Program-made: the position numbers and the translations under genes | The notes under the pieces: model-generated | Told to the model about the DNA's origin: nothing | Databases searched by the model: none | Seen by the model: only the letters and a program-made list of their open reading frames with translations | In this document: positions 1 through 8,837 of the stretch, one piece after another | Layout: each line of letters begins with the position of its first letter | How positions within the stretch are numbered: position 1 is the first letter of the stretch | Virus record (IMG/VR): IMGVR_UViG_2565956613_000007 | Length of the DNA: 23,585 nucleotides | Direction: 5' to 3' (one strand) | Origin: a virus | Lineage: Duplodnaviria > Heunggongvirae > Uroviricota > Caudoviricetes

Positions 1-17
1 TCACCGCTGGTACCGAG

Positions 18-43
18 TTCTCTTAAACCAAGGTTTAGGATTG
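18..43. other. cix-type crossover site for the Cin invertase (26 bp, imperfect dyad TTCTCTTAAACC-AA-GGTTTAGGATTG)
   Basis: Seen in sequence: the core AAACCAAGGTTT and the flanking half-sites match the hix/gix/cix family of invertase crossover sites as I remember them. It overlaps the last three codons and stop of the invertase gene. Bases 1..17 would then lie inside the invertible segment. Confidence 0.6.
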
Positions 44-595
44 AAATGATGACGCCGGAAACTTCTTATAAAGCGTGGAAACAGCCACATCATAGATGAT
101 TGCAACCTGCTTACGGGGGATGCCCTTCTCGAGCAATCGCCGCATTTGCTGCCATGTTTCTTCTTGGTATTTAGGCCGACGTCCACCTATACGACCTTCT
201 GCGCGAGCTGCATCAAGTCCAGCGCGTGTACGTTCAACGATAAGCTCACGTTCCATTTCTGCCAGCGCCCCCATTACGTGAAAGAAAAAGCGCCCCATTG
301 GTGTACTGGTGTCGATGGAGTCAGTGAGACTCCGGAAGTTAATGCCTCTGTCACGCAGCTCTTCCACCAGCACAACTAAGTGACGCATGCTGCGCCCAAG
401 ACGATCTAACTTCCATACGACTAGGGTGTCACCTCTGGAAAGCATACGGAGAACCTTTTTTAACCCAGGGCGTTCAGCCTTTTTGCCGCTCGCCTTGTCC
501 TCAAAAATTAGCTCACATCCTGCGCTTTCAAGAGCGTTTCGTTGTAAAGCAGTGTTTTGTTCATTTGTTGATACGCGTACATAGCCTATTAGCAT
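35..595 (-). CDS. cin: Serine-recombinase DNA invertase, Hin/Gin/Cin/Pin family (186 aa)
   Basis: ATG at 595. N-terminus MLIGYVRVSTNEQN carries the catalytic serine in the VRVST motif; the C-terminus has the helix-turn-helix GIPRKQVAIIYDVAVSTLYKK. Near-colinear with Gin of Mu from memory. The symbol cin is inferred from the P1-like context and the adjacent cix-like site. Confidence 0.88.
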   Translation of the reverse strand: MLIGYVRVSTNEQNTALQRNALESAGCELIFEDKASGKKAERPGLKKVLRMLSRGDTLVVWKLDRLGRSMRHLVVLVEELRDRGINFRSLTDSIDTSTPMGRFFFHVMGALAEMERELIVERTRAGLDAARAEGRIGGRRPKYQEETWQQMRRLLEKGIPRKQVAIIYDVAVSTLYKKFPASSFQS

Positions 596-722
596 ATTTT
601 CTGCTCACTATCGTTATTTATAGCAAGCTGCGGATTTTAATTAACAAAAACCAGTATGTGTGGAAATCACAAAGTACATACCGTTTCCCAATGATATTTA
701 ATTCACTATTAAGGAAATAGTT

Positions 723-1004
723 ATGTGTGATTTCACAATAATGCTCCTCTCCATCCTTGGCGGGGTGCATTCGTTTCTGAATGGGGTTCGTGAAAAACGT
801 TACGAAGCGTCATGCAGGCAATTGATGGCCGAGTGTATTGCTGCCGTACTTGCAGGCTTTATAGGCATGTATTTCGCGGAATATAAGGGTATGGATGAAA
901 GTCTTCAGAATTGCGTGACTATTATTTGCAGCATCAATAACAGGCTCATTCTTGAAAAGTTACAAAGGATTATCGATTCGTACCTCAATAGAAATGCCTC
1001 TTAA
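723..1004 (+). CDS. Small hydrophobic protein (93 aa), possible membrane or lysis-associated protein
   Basis: ATG preceded by AAGGAAAT at a sensible spacing; hydrophobic stretches LLSILGGVHSFL and IAAVLAGFIGMYF. Sits between the invertase and the holin gene. Function not recognised. Confidence 0.45.
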   Translation: MCDFTIMLLSILGGVHSFLNGVREKRYEASCRQLMAECIAAVLAGFIGMYFAEYKGMDESLQNCVTIICSINNRLILEKLQRIIDSYLNRNAS

Positions 1005-1071
1005 GCAACAAATGACCGGTTGAGAAGTTACTTTGCATACCATTACCTCCTGACAACGTAGGAGGGAACTT

Positions 1072-1401
1072 GTGCTTGACACACAGGAATTAGCTCCAGT
1101 TGCTATTGCGCTCCTGCTTTCAGTAATTGGTGGGATAGGCACGTTCCTGATGGATGTCCGAGACGGTCGCCAGTCTGGCAATTTGTTGGGATTGGTTACG
1201 GAGATCTTTGTTGCAGTGACAGCTGGCGCGGTGGCGTACCTATTGGGGCAACACGAGGGCTGGGAGTTATCAATTACGTACTTAATGGTAACGATAGCCA
1301 GCAATAACGGTCATGAGGTGATTTCAGGGATGAAACGAGTGAATATCGATAGCATTCTGAATGTTCTTACAAGTTTGGTGAAAAAGGGAGGCGGGAAATG
1401 A
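1072..1401 (+). CDS. lydA: Holin-like membrane protein (109 aa)
   Basis: GTG start 6 nt downstream of GGAGGG. Hydrophobic segments (VAIALLLSVIGGIGTFL, IFVAVTAGAVAYLLG) and a charged C-terminus. Position immediately upstream of the Dar operon matches my memory of P1 lydA; the symbol rests on synteny. Confidence 0.6.
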   Translation: MLDTQELAPVAIALLLSVIGGIGTFLMDVRDGRQSGNLLGLVTEIFVAVTAGAVAYLLGQHEGWELSITYLMVTIASNNGHEVISGMKRVNIDSILNVLTSLVKKGGGK

Positions 1402-1841
1402 TTGGCTGGGGTGTATGCGTTCTTGCGTTAGCCTTAGCCGATCGCTATTTGCTAAAACGCAAGGACATCACGCATTTAGAACTTGGTGATGTGGAAATTA
1501 AACCGGGTTTCATCCGGGTGCCGTTCAAGTACCGGTCTAAATTCCCGTTTTTGCGCGGCGCAACGGTCAGATATTGGATCCGCGATGTTCAGAAGCCGAC
1601 GACAGTGATTGAAGGTGAACAACGTTGTCTGACGTCGGCTGAACAGGGCGAAAACAGTGAATGGTTGTACATACCCACTGAATATATGGGTAAAGGAGAG
1701 CGACTGTGGCATTTCAACGTCATGGTTACGCATGGCGACTCGTTCATTAACCCGTTGTATCGGATTTTCCCTGTTACTCAGCAAATCCGCAGAAGTTACG
1801 TAATAAATCTCGCACAGGATGTGTCAGATGACGAAAAATAA
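1398..1841 (+). CDS. lydB: Antiholin-like protein (147 aa)
   Basis: ATG overlaps the lydA stop (ATGA) with GGAGG 7 nt upstream, so it is translationally coupled to the holin. Symbol by synteny with P1 as I recall it. Confidence 0.55.
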   Translation: MIGWGVCVLALALADRYLLKRKDITHLELGDVEIKPGFIRVPFKYRSKFPFLRGATVRYWIRDVQKPTTVIEGEQRCLTSAEQGENSEWLYIPTEYMGKGERLWHFNVMVTHGDSFINPLYRIFPVTQQIRRSYVINLAQDVSDDEK

Positions 1842-2430
1842 GTATGCAACGGTCGATTTTGACCAGGTTAATGAAAAGGGGCTGAAATCCCTTATCGCGG
1901 CGATCAATAAAACCGGTGTTACGGTAATTGAGGTTGACTCCAGCAACCGCGCAACAACGAAAGATGGCGTTAAAGTTAAAACCGCAAAGCTGGTTCTTAA
2001 CGACGGACAAATTCTTGCCATACAGGTAAACGATACTGGCGATATATCGTCTGTGAAGCTGAATGGAAAAGCTATTCCTAACGCTCAGTCGCCGGATATC
2101 AAGACGCTTGGTACCGTCATGGGACAGGCGGCCCGCAAAAACTCCGCAAAATTCCAGAAATCACTGATCGCCAAAGCGAAGCGTGTTGCCAATCCGGTAG
2201 ACAAGAAACCGGCAGTTAAATCCAACTTTCAGCGCCTGCAAGAAGCAAAACAGCGGAATGCTCAGGTGGTTGCCGCTTATAAGTCCGCGCAGAATTCGGT
2301 GTCTTTCAATCAACAGCAGATCACTGATTTGCGGGCGAAGCTGGATAAGGAGACGGGCCGACTCAATAACGAAAAGGCACGGAATGGCGAACTCAAACGT
2401 CGTCTTAAGCAACTGAAAGCAGGAAATTAA
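1828..2430 (+). CDS. hdf: Hdf, DarA-related protein of the Dar antirestriction operon (about 200 aa)
   Basis: Preferred start ATG 1828 (AGGA 8 nt upstream) rather than the track start 1819. Shares the heptapeptide KNSAKFQ and a similar basic, K/A-rich context with the next ORF (darA), consistent with Hdf being a homolog of a DarA fragment. Confidence 0.6.
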   Translation: MTKNKYATVDFDQVNEKGLKSLIAAINKTGVTVIEVDSSNRATTKDGVKVKTAKLVLNDGQILAIQVNDTGDISSVKLNGKAIPNAQSPDIKTLGTVMGQAARKNSAKFQKSLIAKAKRVANPVDKKPAVKSNFQRLQEAKQRNAQVVAAYKSAQNSVSFNQQQITDLRAKLDKETGRLNNEKARNGELKRRLKQLKAGN

Positions 2431-2431
2431 C

Positions 2432-4351
2432 ATGGAACAGTTCAATATCAATAAAGGGGTGACGATCAAGCCTGGGCTTGACGTGCTTCCCCCGCCAGTG
2501 ACTGATGATGAATATCGCGCATTAATGGCCGGTGAGGACCGCTATCTGATGACGGAATCCAACACCCTGGAGGAAATCGAGGCTACGTTCTTCTATGACA
2601 CGCCGATCCACTGGTGTGCTACGGATTTACTGGAGGCGATTAGTTCTACTCGTTTGCAGTTACACCGGACCATGCAGGCATTTGTCCGGGCATTGAACCA
2701 GAAGCTGAATGGTACCGGAATCTCTGCGGGGAGTGATAAAACGGGGGATGTGGCCCAGAGCGGCGCGCGCGCGATCGGCGGCGCTGAAATTGGCCGGGCA
2801 CGTAACGTTAACGGGCTGCCGGTCCTGCCAGCCATTATTCCGCTCAGTGATGGTCAGACTATCAGCATTCTGTTTCATAGCCCGACAGCGGAAAACCGGA
2901 TCACCAATAGCGATACGCTGGTTGCTTTCCAGTTCTTACTGAATAAAAAAGACGTTACTCACACCGTTGCTCCGATGAGTGGACGTGATATGACGCTGGC
3001 GCAGGTCACCATGAAACTTGCCAACCTTGCAGAGAAAAACTCGGCAAAATTCCAGCGTGCGCAGAAGAAGAAAAAAGCCCTTGTTGATGAAATAACCCAA
3101 CTACAGGCTGACAGTGACCAGAAAGAGGATGCCATGAGCGACCTCGCGGATCAGGTGGCAGCGGTAGAAGGGCAGAAGGCAGATCTGGAGCAGAAAATTA
3201 ACGCTGTTGCATCGGAAGCGGATTCTCTTTATGAAGAGAATGAGCGTTTGCAGACGGAGATTGATCAGCTCAATCGCACTGGTGGGCGCGATACCATTGC
3301 TCCAGCGGGGATGACTGGTGGGCACTCTCGCGCGCTGACGGATCGCCTTGCCAGTATCAAAAATCGTATGCATATGAACGGGGAAGTGACGCTCAGTAAT
3401 GGAGCATCAATGAAGCAATTCATTGAGGACGGCGAAGGGTATATCCAGTTAACCGATTCGGATGGCAGCGTGTACATGATCAAGGCTAAATCCATACAGG
3501 GTGTGGACATGGCAGATGCGATCGGCAAGCTGTTTAAAGCCTATAAAGCGGGTAATGTATCGGAATATCTGGTCCAACCAGAAGAACATAAACCGGAAAA
3601 CGTCGAACCTGAACCAGCGGAGGATACCGGTAGCTCTTCGCCTGAACCAGAAGTCTCTGTAGGTGCATATCGATATGCCTTGCAAATGCGTCCGGCGGCC
3701 CCTGGCGCAATACCTGAAGGTAACAAAGCAATTCTGCCGCGCCCTGATGAAGGTGACCCGTATTATGAATATGCACGCTACGGCATTGCTACTTACGATA
3801 CCCCGCTTTCTGATCAGCAAATGAGTGAGTACGACCTGAAGTTATTGCCTCGCGAGGATTCTTTCGACTTCCTGGCGAAGACACTTACTAATGGTCCGTT
3901 TGGCAAATATGCACAAAAAGCTCTGGATCTGGCCACCAGCTCACCAGACGAGTTCCGCGTAATGCTGAAAACTCAGTTTCAAAAAACTTTCCCCAATATT
4001 GCGTTTCCGGGGGGCGCAGGCACCGAGAAAATGGTGCAGAGCATGATCAATGCATTGCAGGCCGAAGTCGGTGAGATTACTCAGCCAGAACCTGCCCCGG
4101 CACAGCCTGATGAAACGGTTAGCGAAGCAGATGCAGAGGCTAATAAAGCCATTGAATATCTCAATAACGTGATGGATATGCAAAGCACTGACATGGCGGA
4201 GATCCGTAACGCCCGGGGTAATGTCCGGGAAGCGATTGCAGCCCTTCAGGCTGCCGGGCGTTTTGAGGAAAACGAAGAGCTGGTTAATGGCGCTGCTCGC
4301 CACCTGGCTGATCTGCTGGTAGCAATCCAGAAAGCGGGGGTAGCGGCATGA
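2432..4351 (+). CDS. darA: DarA-like virion antirestriction/head morphogenesis protein (639 aa)
   Basis: AGGA 8 nt upstream of the ATG. Size and position (hdf-darA-ddrA-ddrB order) match the P1 dar operon as I recall it. Contains coiled-coil-like segments (QLQADSDQKEDAMSDLADQVAAVEGQKADLEQKINAV). Confidence 0.68.
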   Translation: MEQFNINKGVTIKPGLDVLPPPVTDDEYRALMAGEDRYLMTESNTLEEIEATFFYDTPIHWCATDLLEAISSTRLQLHRTMQAFVRALNQKLNGTGISAGSDKTGDVAQSGARAIGGAEIGRARNVNGLPVLPAIIPLSDGQTISILFHSPTAENRITNSDTLVAFQFLLNKKDVTHTVAPMSGRDMTLAQVTMKLANLAEKNSAKFQRAQKKKKALVDEITQLQADSDQKEDAMSDLADQVAAVEGQKADLEQKINAVASEADSLYEENERLQTEIDQLNRTGGRDTIAPAGMTGGHSRALTDRLASIKNRMHMNGEVTLSNGASMKQFIEDGEGYIQLTDSDGSVYMIKAKSIQGVDMADAIGKLFKAYKAGNVSEYLVQPEEHKPENVEPEPAEDTGSSSPEPEVSVGAYRYALQMRPAAPGAIPEGNKAILPRPDEGDPYYEYARYGIATYDTPLSDQQMSEYDLKLLPREDSFDFLAKTLTNGPFGKYAQKALDLATSSPDEFRVMLKTQFQKTFPNIAFPGGAGTEKMVQSMINALQAEVGEITQPEPAPAQPDETVSEADAEANKAIEYLNNVMDMQSTDMAEIRNARGNVREAIAALQAAGRFEENEELVNGAARHLADLLVAIQKAGVAA

Positions 4352-4713
4352 CACTATCAGCTATTGAGTTAATGGATCTCAGCGATAAGTTGGATGCTCT
4401 GATGTCCAAAGCGGCTACCGCGAGTGGCATGGAGTTGCTGGATATCAGCGATGAAATTGACCAGATCATGCAACAGATGGGGTACGGTGTGTCCGGCGGC
4501 AGTAGTGGCGAGGAAAAACAACCTGCGGTACATGATGGTGTGCCAAAACTGGTTGCTGATTTCCTGGCTGATAAATTCGTCGATCAGAGCACCGATGCAT
4601 TTATCGGTACCTTGCAGGATTTGAGTCAATATGTTGGCACATACATCGACCTGGACCAGGTTAAACAGCACACGGCGGCATGGATAGCCGCCAACATTAA
4701 AGAGGCAGCATAA
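4348..4713 (+). CDS. ddrA: DdrA-like small acidic protein (121 aa)
   Basis: ATG overlaps the darA stop (ATGA), so it is translationally coupled. Acidic protein in the position of P1 ddrA. Confidence 0.58.
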   Translation: MTLSAIELMDLSDKLDALMSKAATASGMELLDISDEIDQIMQQMGYGVSGGSSGEEKQPAVHDGVPKLVADFLADKFVDQSTDAFIGTLQDLSQYVGTYIDLDQVKQHTAAWIAANIKEAA

Positions 4714-4725
4714 GGCGTAACAGGG

Positions 4726-7713
4726 ATGAGCTTAAGCGATCAGGTGGTAATGGCCACCAGCATAGAAACGCTGATCGAGCTGCTAAAGAACCTGCCCGAT
4801 TATGGGCGGGTTTCGTATGTGGTGACAGCGAAGGGAGACGAGGTAAAAACAGCGTTTGATATCGTCGATGCCTCAGTTCTTTTGGTATCCAATACTCTGG
4901 ATGGGAAAATTAATCCAGACTATCCCCAGGAACTTCAGCCGCGCGACCGGACCCGCGCATCCAGCCTTCTTCAGGTCAACCAGATATCCAAGGATTTGCG
5001 TCCTGCCCAGCTTACCGATTCCGGTTTATCCAGCCATGGCGCGCCAATAATTGGTGAGGACAATGCCGTTGAGTCAGGTAATGGGCGGACCATGGGGATC
5101 ATTAAAGCCTATCAGGACGGTAATGCGGATCGGTATCGGGAGTACCTGATTGAACATGCGACCGAATTCGGCATACGGCCTGAAAAGGTTGAATCAATGA
5201 CGGCTCCGGTACTGGTGCGCCGCCGGTTAACGAAGGTTGACCGTGTTCAGTTTGCCAAGGACTCAAATATTTCTGATCTCCAGGAAATGGCAGCCAGTGA
5301 AAAGGCTTTTGTTGATGCCGACAGCATAACACCGGCGATGATGGCGCTTTTTAACCCGTCAGAAAGCGGAGATCTGCTTAGCCGCAGTAATGACGCGTTT
5401 ATTCGCGGATTTATGACGCAAGTTGGTGCCACACAGGCGGCTGGCCTTGTAACTGAAGATGGGCGACCAACACGGCAACTTGTAGACCGTATACAAAACG
5501 CGATCTTTGCCAAGGCATATAAGGATGCGCGCCTGGTAAGGATGGTTGCAGAAGAACCTGATCCGGATATGCGTAATGTTCTGACGGCGCTTAATGCGGC
5601 AGCCAATGATTTTGTCCAGATGCAGGCTTTATCAGGAGAAGCGCACAAGCAGGCTGTGACAACTATTGTTGATGGCATTGAGACAGCGGATAGCCTCGAT
5701 AAAAAGGCGCTGGCGGCATTGAAAGATGCGGTAGACCTGGTAAGGCAATCGAAGGAGTCAGGCCAGCATATTACCGATGTTATTGCTCAGGGGGATATGT
5801 TCAGCGAAACGGCCCCGGAAGTGAAAGCACTCGCGTTGTTCATCGTCGCGAATAACCGTAGTGCGAAGCGTATGGCCACCGCCTTTAAGTTGATGGCGCA
5901 ACGTATCAATGATGAGTTACAGCACCAGGGCCAGGCGCTCGGGGATATGTTTGGCGGCGGCGATGTGTCGTTACAGGATATCCTTCGCCAAGTATCTCAG
6001 GAACTGGAAAACGAAGGTATGCAAGGGATATCTGGCGGTCTTTTCGAGTCAGCTTCTGGCGGTAGTTACAACGGTGTTGCTCCATATACCAGCTTGCTAT
6101 TACATCGGGCATCCGGCATCAAAGACATTATTCATCTGATCAGGCTGCTTTCCCGTACAGATCCCCAGGATGAACAGCTTGTTCAAGTGCTTGCGCATTT
6201 TGTTCGAATGCCTGTTGCCGACGTGAAAAAATGGTGCCGATTATTCGGTATCAGCAATTCGTTACTTCGCGGCTTGTTAAATCACGCATCCTCCCTTGGG
6301 CGCGATGGCTTTGACGAGATAGCGCAGGCGATAAAAAACGGAGATATGCCACCAGCTATTGACTGGTTTTCCATTCGCCCAACCAGGGTGAAAGCATTCC
6401 TTAGCGCGGCGCAATCAGTATCACCATTGGCAGAAATGGTTCAGAGGTTATCGCTCATATTCACAGACCATACCGCGTTGGGAGATCTGACTCTGGACGA
6501 GATGAAGGAAGCCTCCATTCAGTGGGCCGATCAACAAAATGAGGTTAACTCAGACTTCTTGCCAGCATTCAGGAAGGCCGTTAGTAAAGCTGATGATGCC
6601 CGTGGAATTCTGAAGGCATTTAAGGCATTGCAAAGTCAGGTTAATAAACATGTCGGTGATATCGATGGGGTAACGGCGGAAGGCAGGGATATCCTTAAAG
6701 AGCACGGCATAACGCCAGAGTTTATTGATGAGATCAGGACTGATATGCAGCGTGAGGTCGTATCGTCACTGCAAATCGTAGCCAGAGCGTTGGCGGATGC
6801 TAATCCGAAGAGTGCGGCCATTGTTAACCGTGTTATTGGTGATATTGAAGCATCGGAGGGCATGGGGGCGCTGAAACTCTTCCTTTCGCGAGCGTTTAAT
6901 CCTAACGGCAATATTCTCCCCGGCATTATTGGTGAGGCTAAAAAGTATGTCAGCGAAGAAGAACTTGAGCAGCTTGACCAACTACTTAAGCGATTCTCAT
7001 ATAACCCGCAGACACGCTGGCAAATGAATCAGCGAAGTATGGGTTCGGTCCACGAGAAAGTGTTATCTGCCATGAACAGTGCGATCGCAAACTCATCCGT
7101 ATCTGAAGAAAAAGCTCTTGAGTGGGCCGACTCTTTTATCACGGAAGAAGTGGAAGAAGCCCGCGCTGGACAGAATGGTGGGATAGACCTGCGCAAGGAA
7201 CTTGCTGATATTTATCGCCTGACCGGCGGTAAAATTTCGACCTTATCAAAGGTGGTTCACCACCAGGGAAGGGCATATGCAAATCTTAATGGTGTTGTTG
7301 CTGTCAATTTGAACGATGAAAATGCAAGTGCACTGTGGCACGAGCTGGGTCATCATCTTGAGTACAGTAACCCTGGTTTGTTAGAGAAAGCCCGGTCATT
7401 CCTGAAGGCCAATGTTGAAGGGGATAAGCCATCTTTCGTTAATATCGGTGGGCGTGGCAAGCCTGAATGGTGCTTCAGATCTCGATTGAGTAATATTTAT
7501 ATGGCGAAGGTATACCCGCCAGCCTCAGTAAGTAACACCGGGAAAATTCGGCAGAAATCACCGACTATTTCCAAAACGTCAGCAACGGAAGTATTCTCTA
7601 TGGCTCTTCAGTTGTATCATGACAAAGAGGCCGCTGCCGCATCACTGATGAATGGTGACGGATTGCTGGAACTGTTATTAGGTGTGGCAAAGGAGCTAAA
7701 TAATGCAGATTAA
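4726..7713 (+). CDS. ddrB: DdrB-like large protein (995 aa)
   Basis: Long uninterrupted ORF directly downstream of ddrA on the same strand. Size and position match P1 ddrB as I recall it; no enzymatic motif recognised. Confidence 0.62.
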   Translation: MSLSDQVVMATSIETLIELLKNLPDYGRVSYVVTAKGDEVKTAFDIVDASVLLVSNTLDGKINPDYPQELQPRDRTRASSLLQVNQISKDLRPAQLTDSGLSSHGAPIIGEDNAVESGNGRTMGIIKAYQDGNADRYREYLIEHATEFGIRPEKVESMTAPVLVRRRLTKVDRVQFAKDSNISDLQEMAASEKAFVDADSITPAMMALFNPSESGDLLSRSNDAFIRGFMTQVGATQAAGLVTEDGRPTRQLVDRIQNAIFAKAYKDARLVRMVAEEPDPDMRNVLTALNAAANDFVQMQALSGEAHKQAVTTIVDGIETADSLDKKALAALKDAVDLVRQSKESGQHITDVIAQGDMFSETAPEVKALALFIVANNRSAKRMATAFKLMAQRINDELQHQGQALGDMFGGGDVSLQDILRQVSQELENEGMQGISGGLFESASGGSYNGVAPYTSLLLHRASGIKDIIHLIRLLSRTDPQDEQLVQVLAHFVRMPVADVKKWCRLFGISNSLLRGLLNHASSLGRDGFDEIAQAIKNGDMPPAIDWFSIRPTRVKAFLSAAQSVSPLAEMVQRLSLIFTDHTALGDLTLDEMKEASIQWADQQNEVNSDFLPAFRKAVSKADDARGILKAFKALQSQVNKHVGDIDGVTAEGRDILKEHGITPEFIDEIRTDMQREVVSSLQIVARALADANPKSAAIVNRVIGDIEASEGMGALKLFLSRAFNPNGNILPGIIGEAKKYVSEEELEQLDQLLKRFSYNPQTRWQMNQRSMGSVHEKVLSAMNSAIANSSVSEEKALEWADSFITEEVEEARAGQNGGIDLRKELADIYRLTGGKISTLSKVVHHQGRAYANLNGVVAVNLNDENASALWHELGHHLEYSNPGLLEKARSFLKANVEGDKPSFVNIGGRGKPEWCFRSRLSNIYMAKVYPPASVSNTGKIRQKSPTISKTSATEVFSMALQLYHDKEAAAASLMNGDGLLELLLGVAKELNNAD

Positions 7714-8014
7714 AATCGCAGCGCCATTAGGCGGAGATGCCATTATCGAATTTGATGATAATGAAGAAGTTTCCGGGCGTTTAAGCATTATCTCCGGTGA
7801 CATTACCGAGGACATGATCGCTGAAGCCATAGCTGGGGCAAATCCCAATAGCTATATGGGATTCGTTAACACCCTTGATGCTCCCGCAAGTGATGTTCTC
7901 CGAACGCTGCATCTTTACGCTGGCTGGTTTGTTGATTGGCCAGCAGTAGATGGTGGCGATGAGGACGACGACGACGATGATTTTGGTGATCATGTAGACC
8001 AGATCGTATATTGA
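7703..8014 (+). CDS. Small acidic protein with a poly-Asp C-terminal tract (103 aa)
   Basis: ATG overlaps the end of ddrB with AAGGAG 8 nt upstream. The C-terminus DGGDEDDDDDDFGDHVDQIVY is strongly acidic. It is the last gene of the dar operon before a terminator. Confidence 0.55.
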   Translation: MQIKIAAPLGGDAIIEFDDNEEVSGRLSIISGDITEDMIAEAIAGANPNSYMGFVNTLDAPASDVLRTLHLYAGWFVDWPAVDGGDEDDDDDDFGDHVDQIVY

Positions 8015-8034
8015 AGAAATCCCGCCGATTGGCG
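8007..8034. terminator. Rho-independent terminator between convergent operons
   Basis: Seen in sequence: AAATCCCGCC-gatt-GGCGGGATTT stem-loop followed by a T run on the plus strand. It sits between the end of the dar operon (plus) and the end of the ssb operon (minus). Confidence 0.7.
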
Positions 8035-8042
8035 GGATTTTT

Positions 8043-8831
8043 TTAATCGCTTTCCACTTCTTCCGTGGTGTTTTCTTGCAGTTCTGTTAATGCAGCACGA
8101 CATAGGTTCCGGGCATTGGCTATAGCCACACTTTTGACTTCATCCGTCATCGTGCAGGTAATGTACTGATCGAGTTCTTCAGCGCGGATGATGCTTTTGC
8201 CAATCAGAAACTGTATTTGCCAGAGCAGATCGGCATCCATAATCAGAATTTCTGCCGGGCCTTCAGGGCCAGCCGGGAAGGAAACATAAGACTGTTTGCC
8301 CAGGCCGATAACTCGACAACTTGCTTCAAGAATTGCGCGCTTGAGGTCTGACTTTGTAACGGAAACAGGTTGGTTTTCACCAGTGATTATGCCGTTGACA
8401 TGGAAATGGAAGGGCATGTAGCTTGAAATACGCTCTACTTTCCACACGCCAGCAAGCGATCCTTCATGCAGCACAATGGGGGTAACCGCGAGTTTCATCT
8501 CACCATATAACTGCTGGCAGATAGCTGGATTGCTGAATACATCCAAAGGTTCACACTCAAACAGCGGCGCAATCTGCATGAGGTCCATCATGGTCATACC
8601 AGGGGTACGAGCAGTAATGAATCTGCGCATGCCAGTATCCATTGTGCGCCAGATAGCTACACCATGCTTTTTGCTCACTTCTTCAGTAAAGCCAAGGTGG
8701 CACATGATGGTTTTTTCGATAGCCAGATCAGAGATCGAAACCTTTTCGCCAGGCACACCATCATTATTGATGGTCACTTCGACACTCTGACCATTACGCA
8801 GGCGGTATTGAATTGCTTTAGTATTTTCCAC
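8043..8831 (-). CDS. Hypothetical protein (262 aa), last gene of the ssb operon
   Basis: GTG start 6 nt after the stop of the upstream gene, preceded by GGAG. No motif recognised. Confidence 0.55.
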   Translation of the reverse strand: MENTKAIQYRLRNGQSVEVTINNDGVPGEKVSISDLAIEKTIMCHLGFTEEVSKKHGVAIWRTMDTGMRRFITARTPGMTMMDLMQIAPLFECEPLDVFSNPAICQQLYGEMKLAVTPIVLHEGSLAGVWKVERISSYMPFHFHVNGIITGENQPVSVTKSDLKRAILEASCRVIGLGKQSYVSFPAGPEGPAEILIMDADLLWQIQFLIGKSIIRAEELDQYITCTMTDEVKSVAIANARNLCRAALTELQENTTEEVESD

Positions 8832-8837
8832 GTTAAA

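Noticed and set aside
1-584. Track ORFs 1..186 (minus), 96..281, 146..379 and 387..584 (plus) overlapping the invertase gene
   Set aside because: They overlap a well-supported recombinase gene in other frames or on the other strand, have no initiation signals and give low-complexity translations; most likely spurious.
2161-7000. Antisense and alternative-frame ORFs inside hdf, darA and ddrB (for example 2161..2469, 3449..3820, 3941..4354, 5247..5678, 6636..6926)
   Set aside because: Embedded in long, well-supported genes on the opposite strand or in another frame; no SD or promoter evidence; typical of chance ORFs in G+C-balanced coding DNA.
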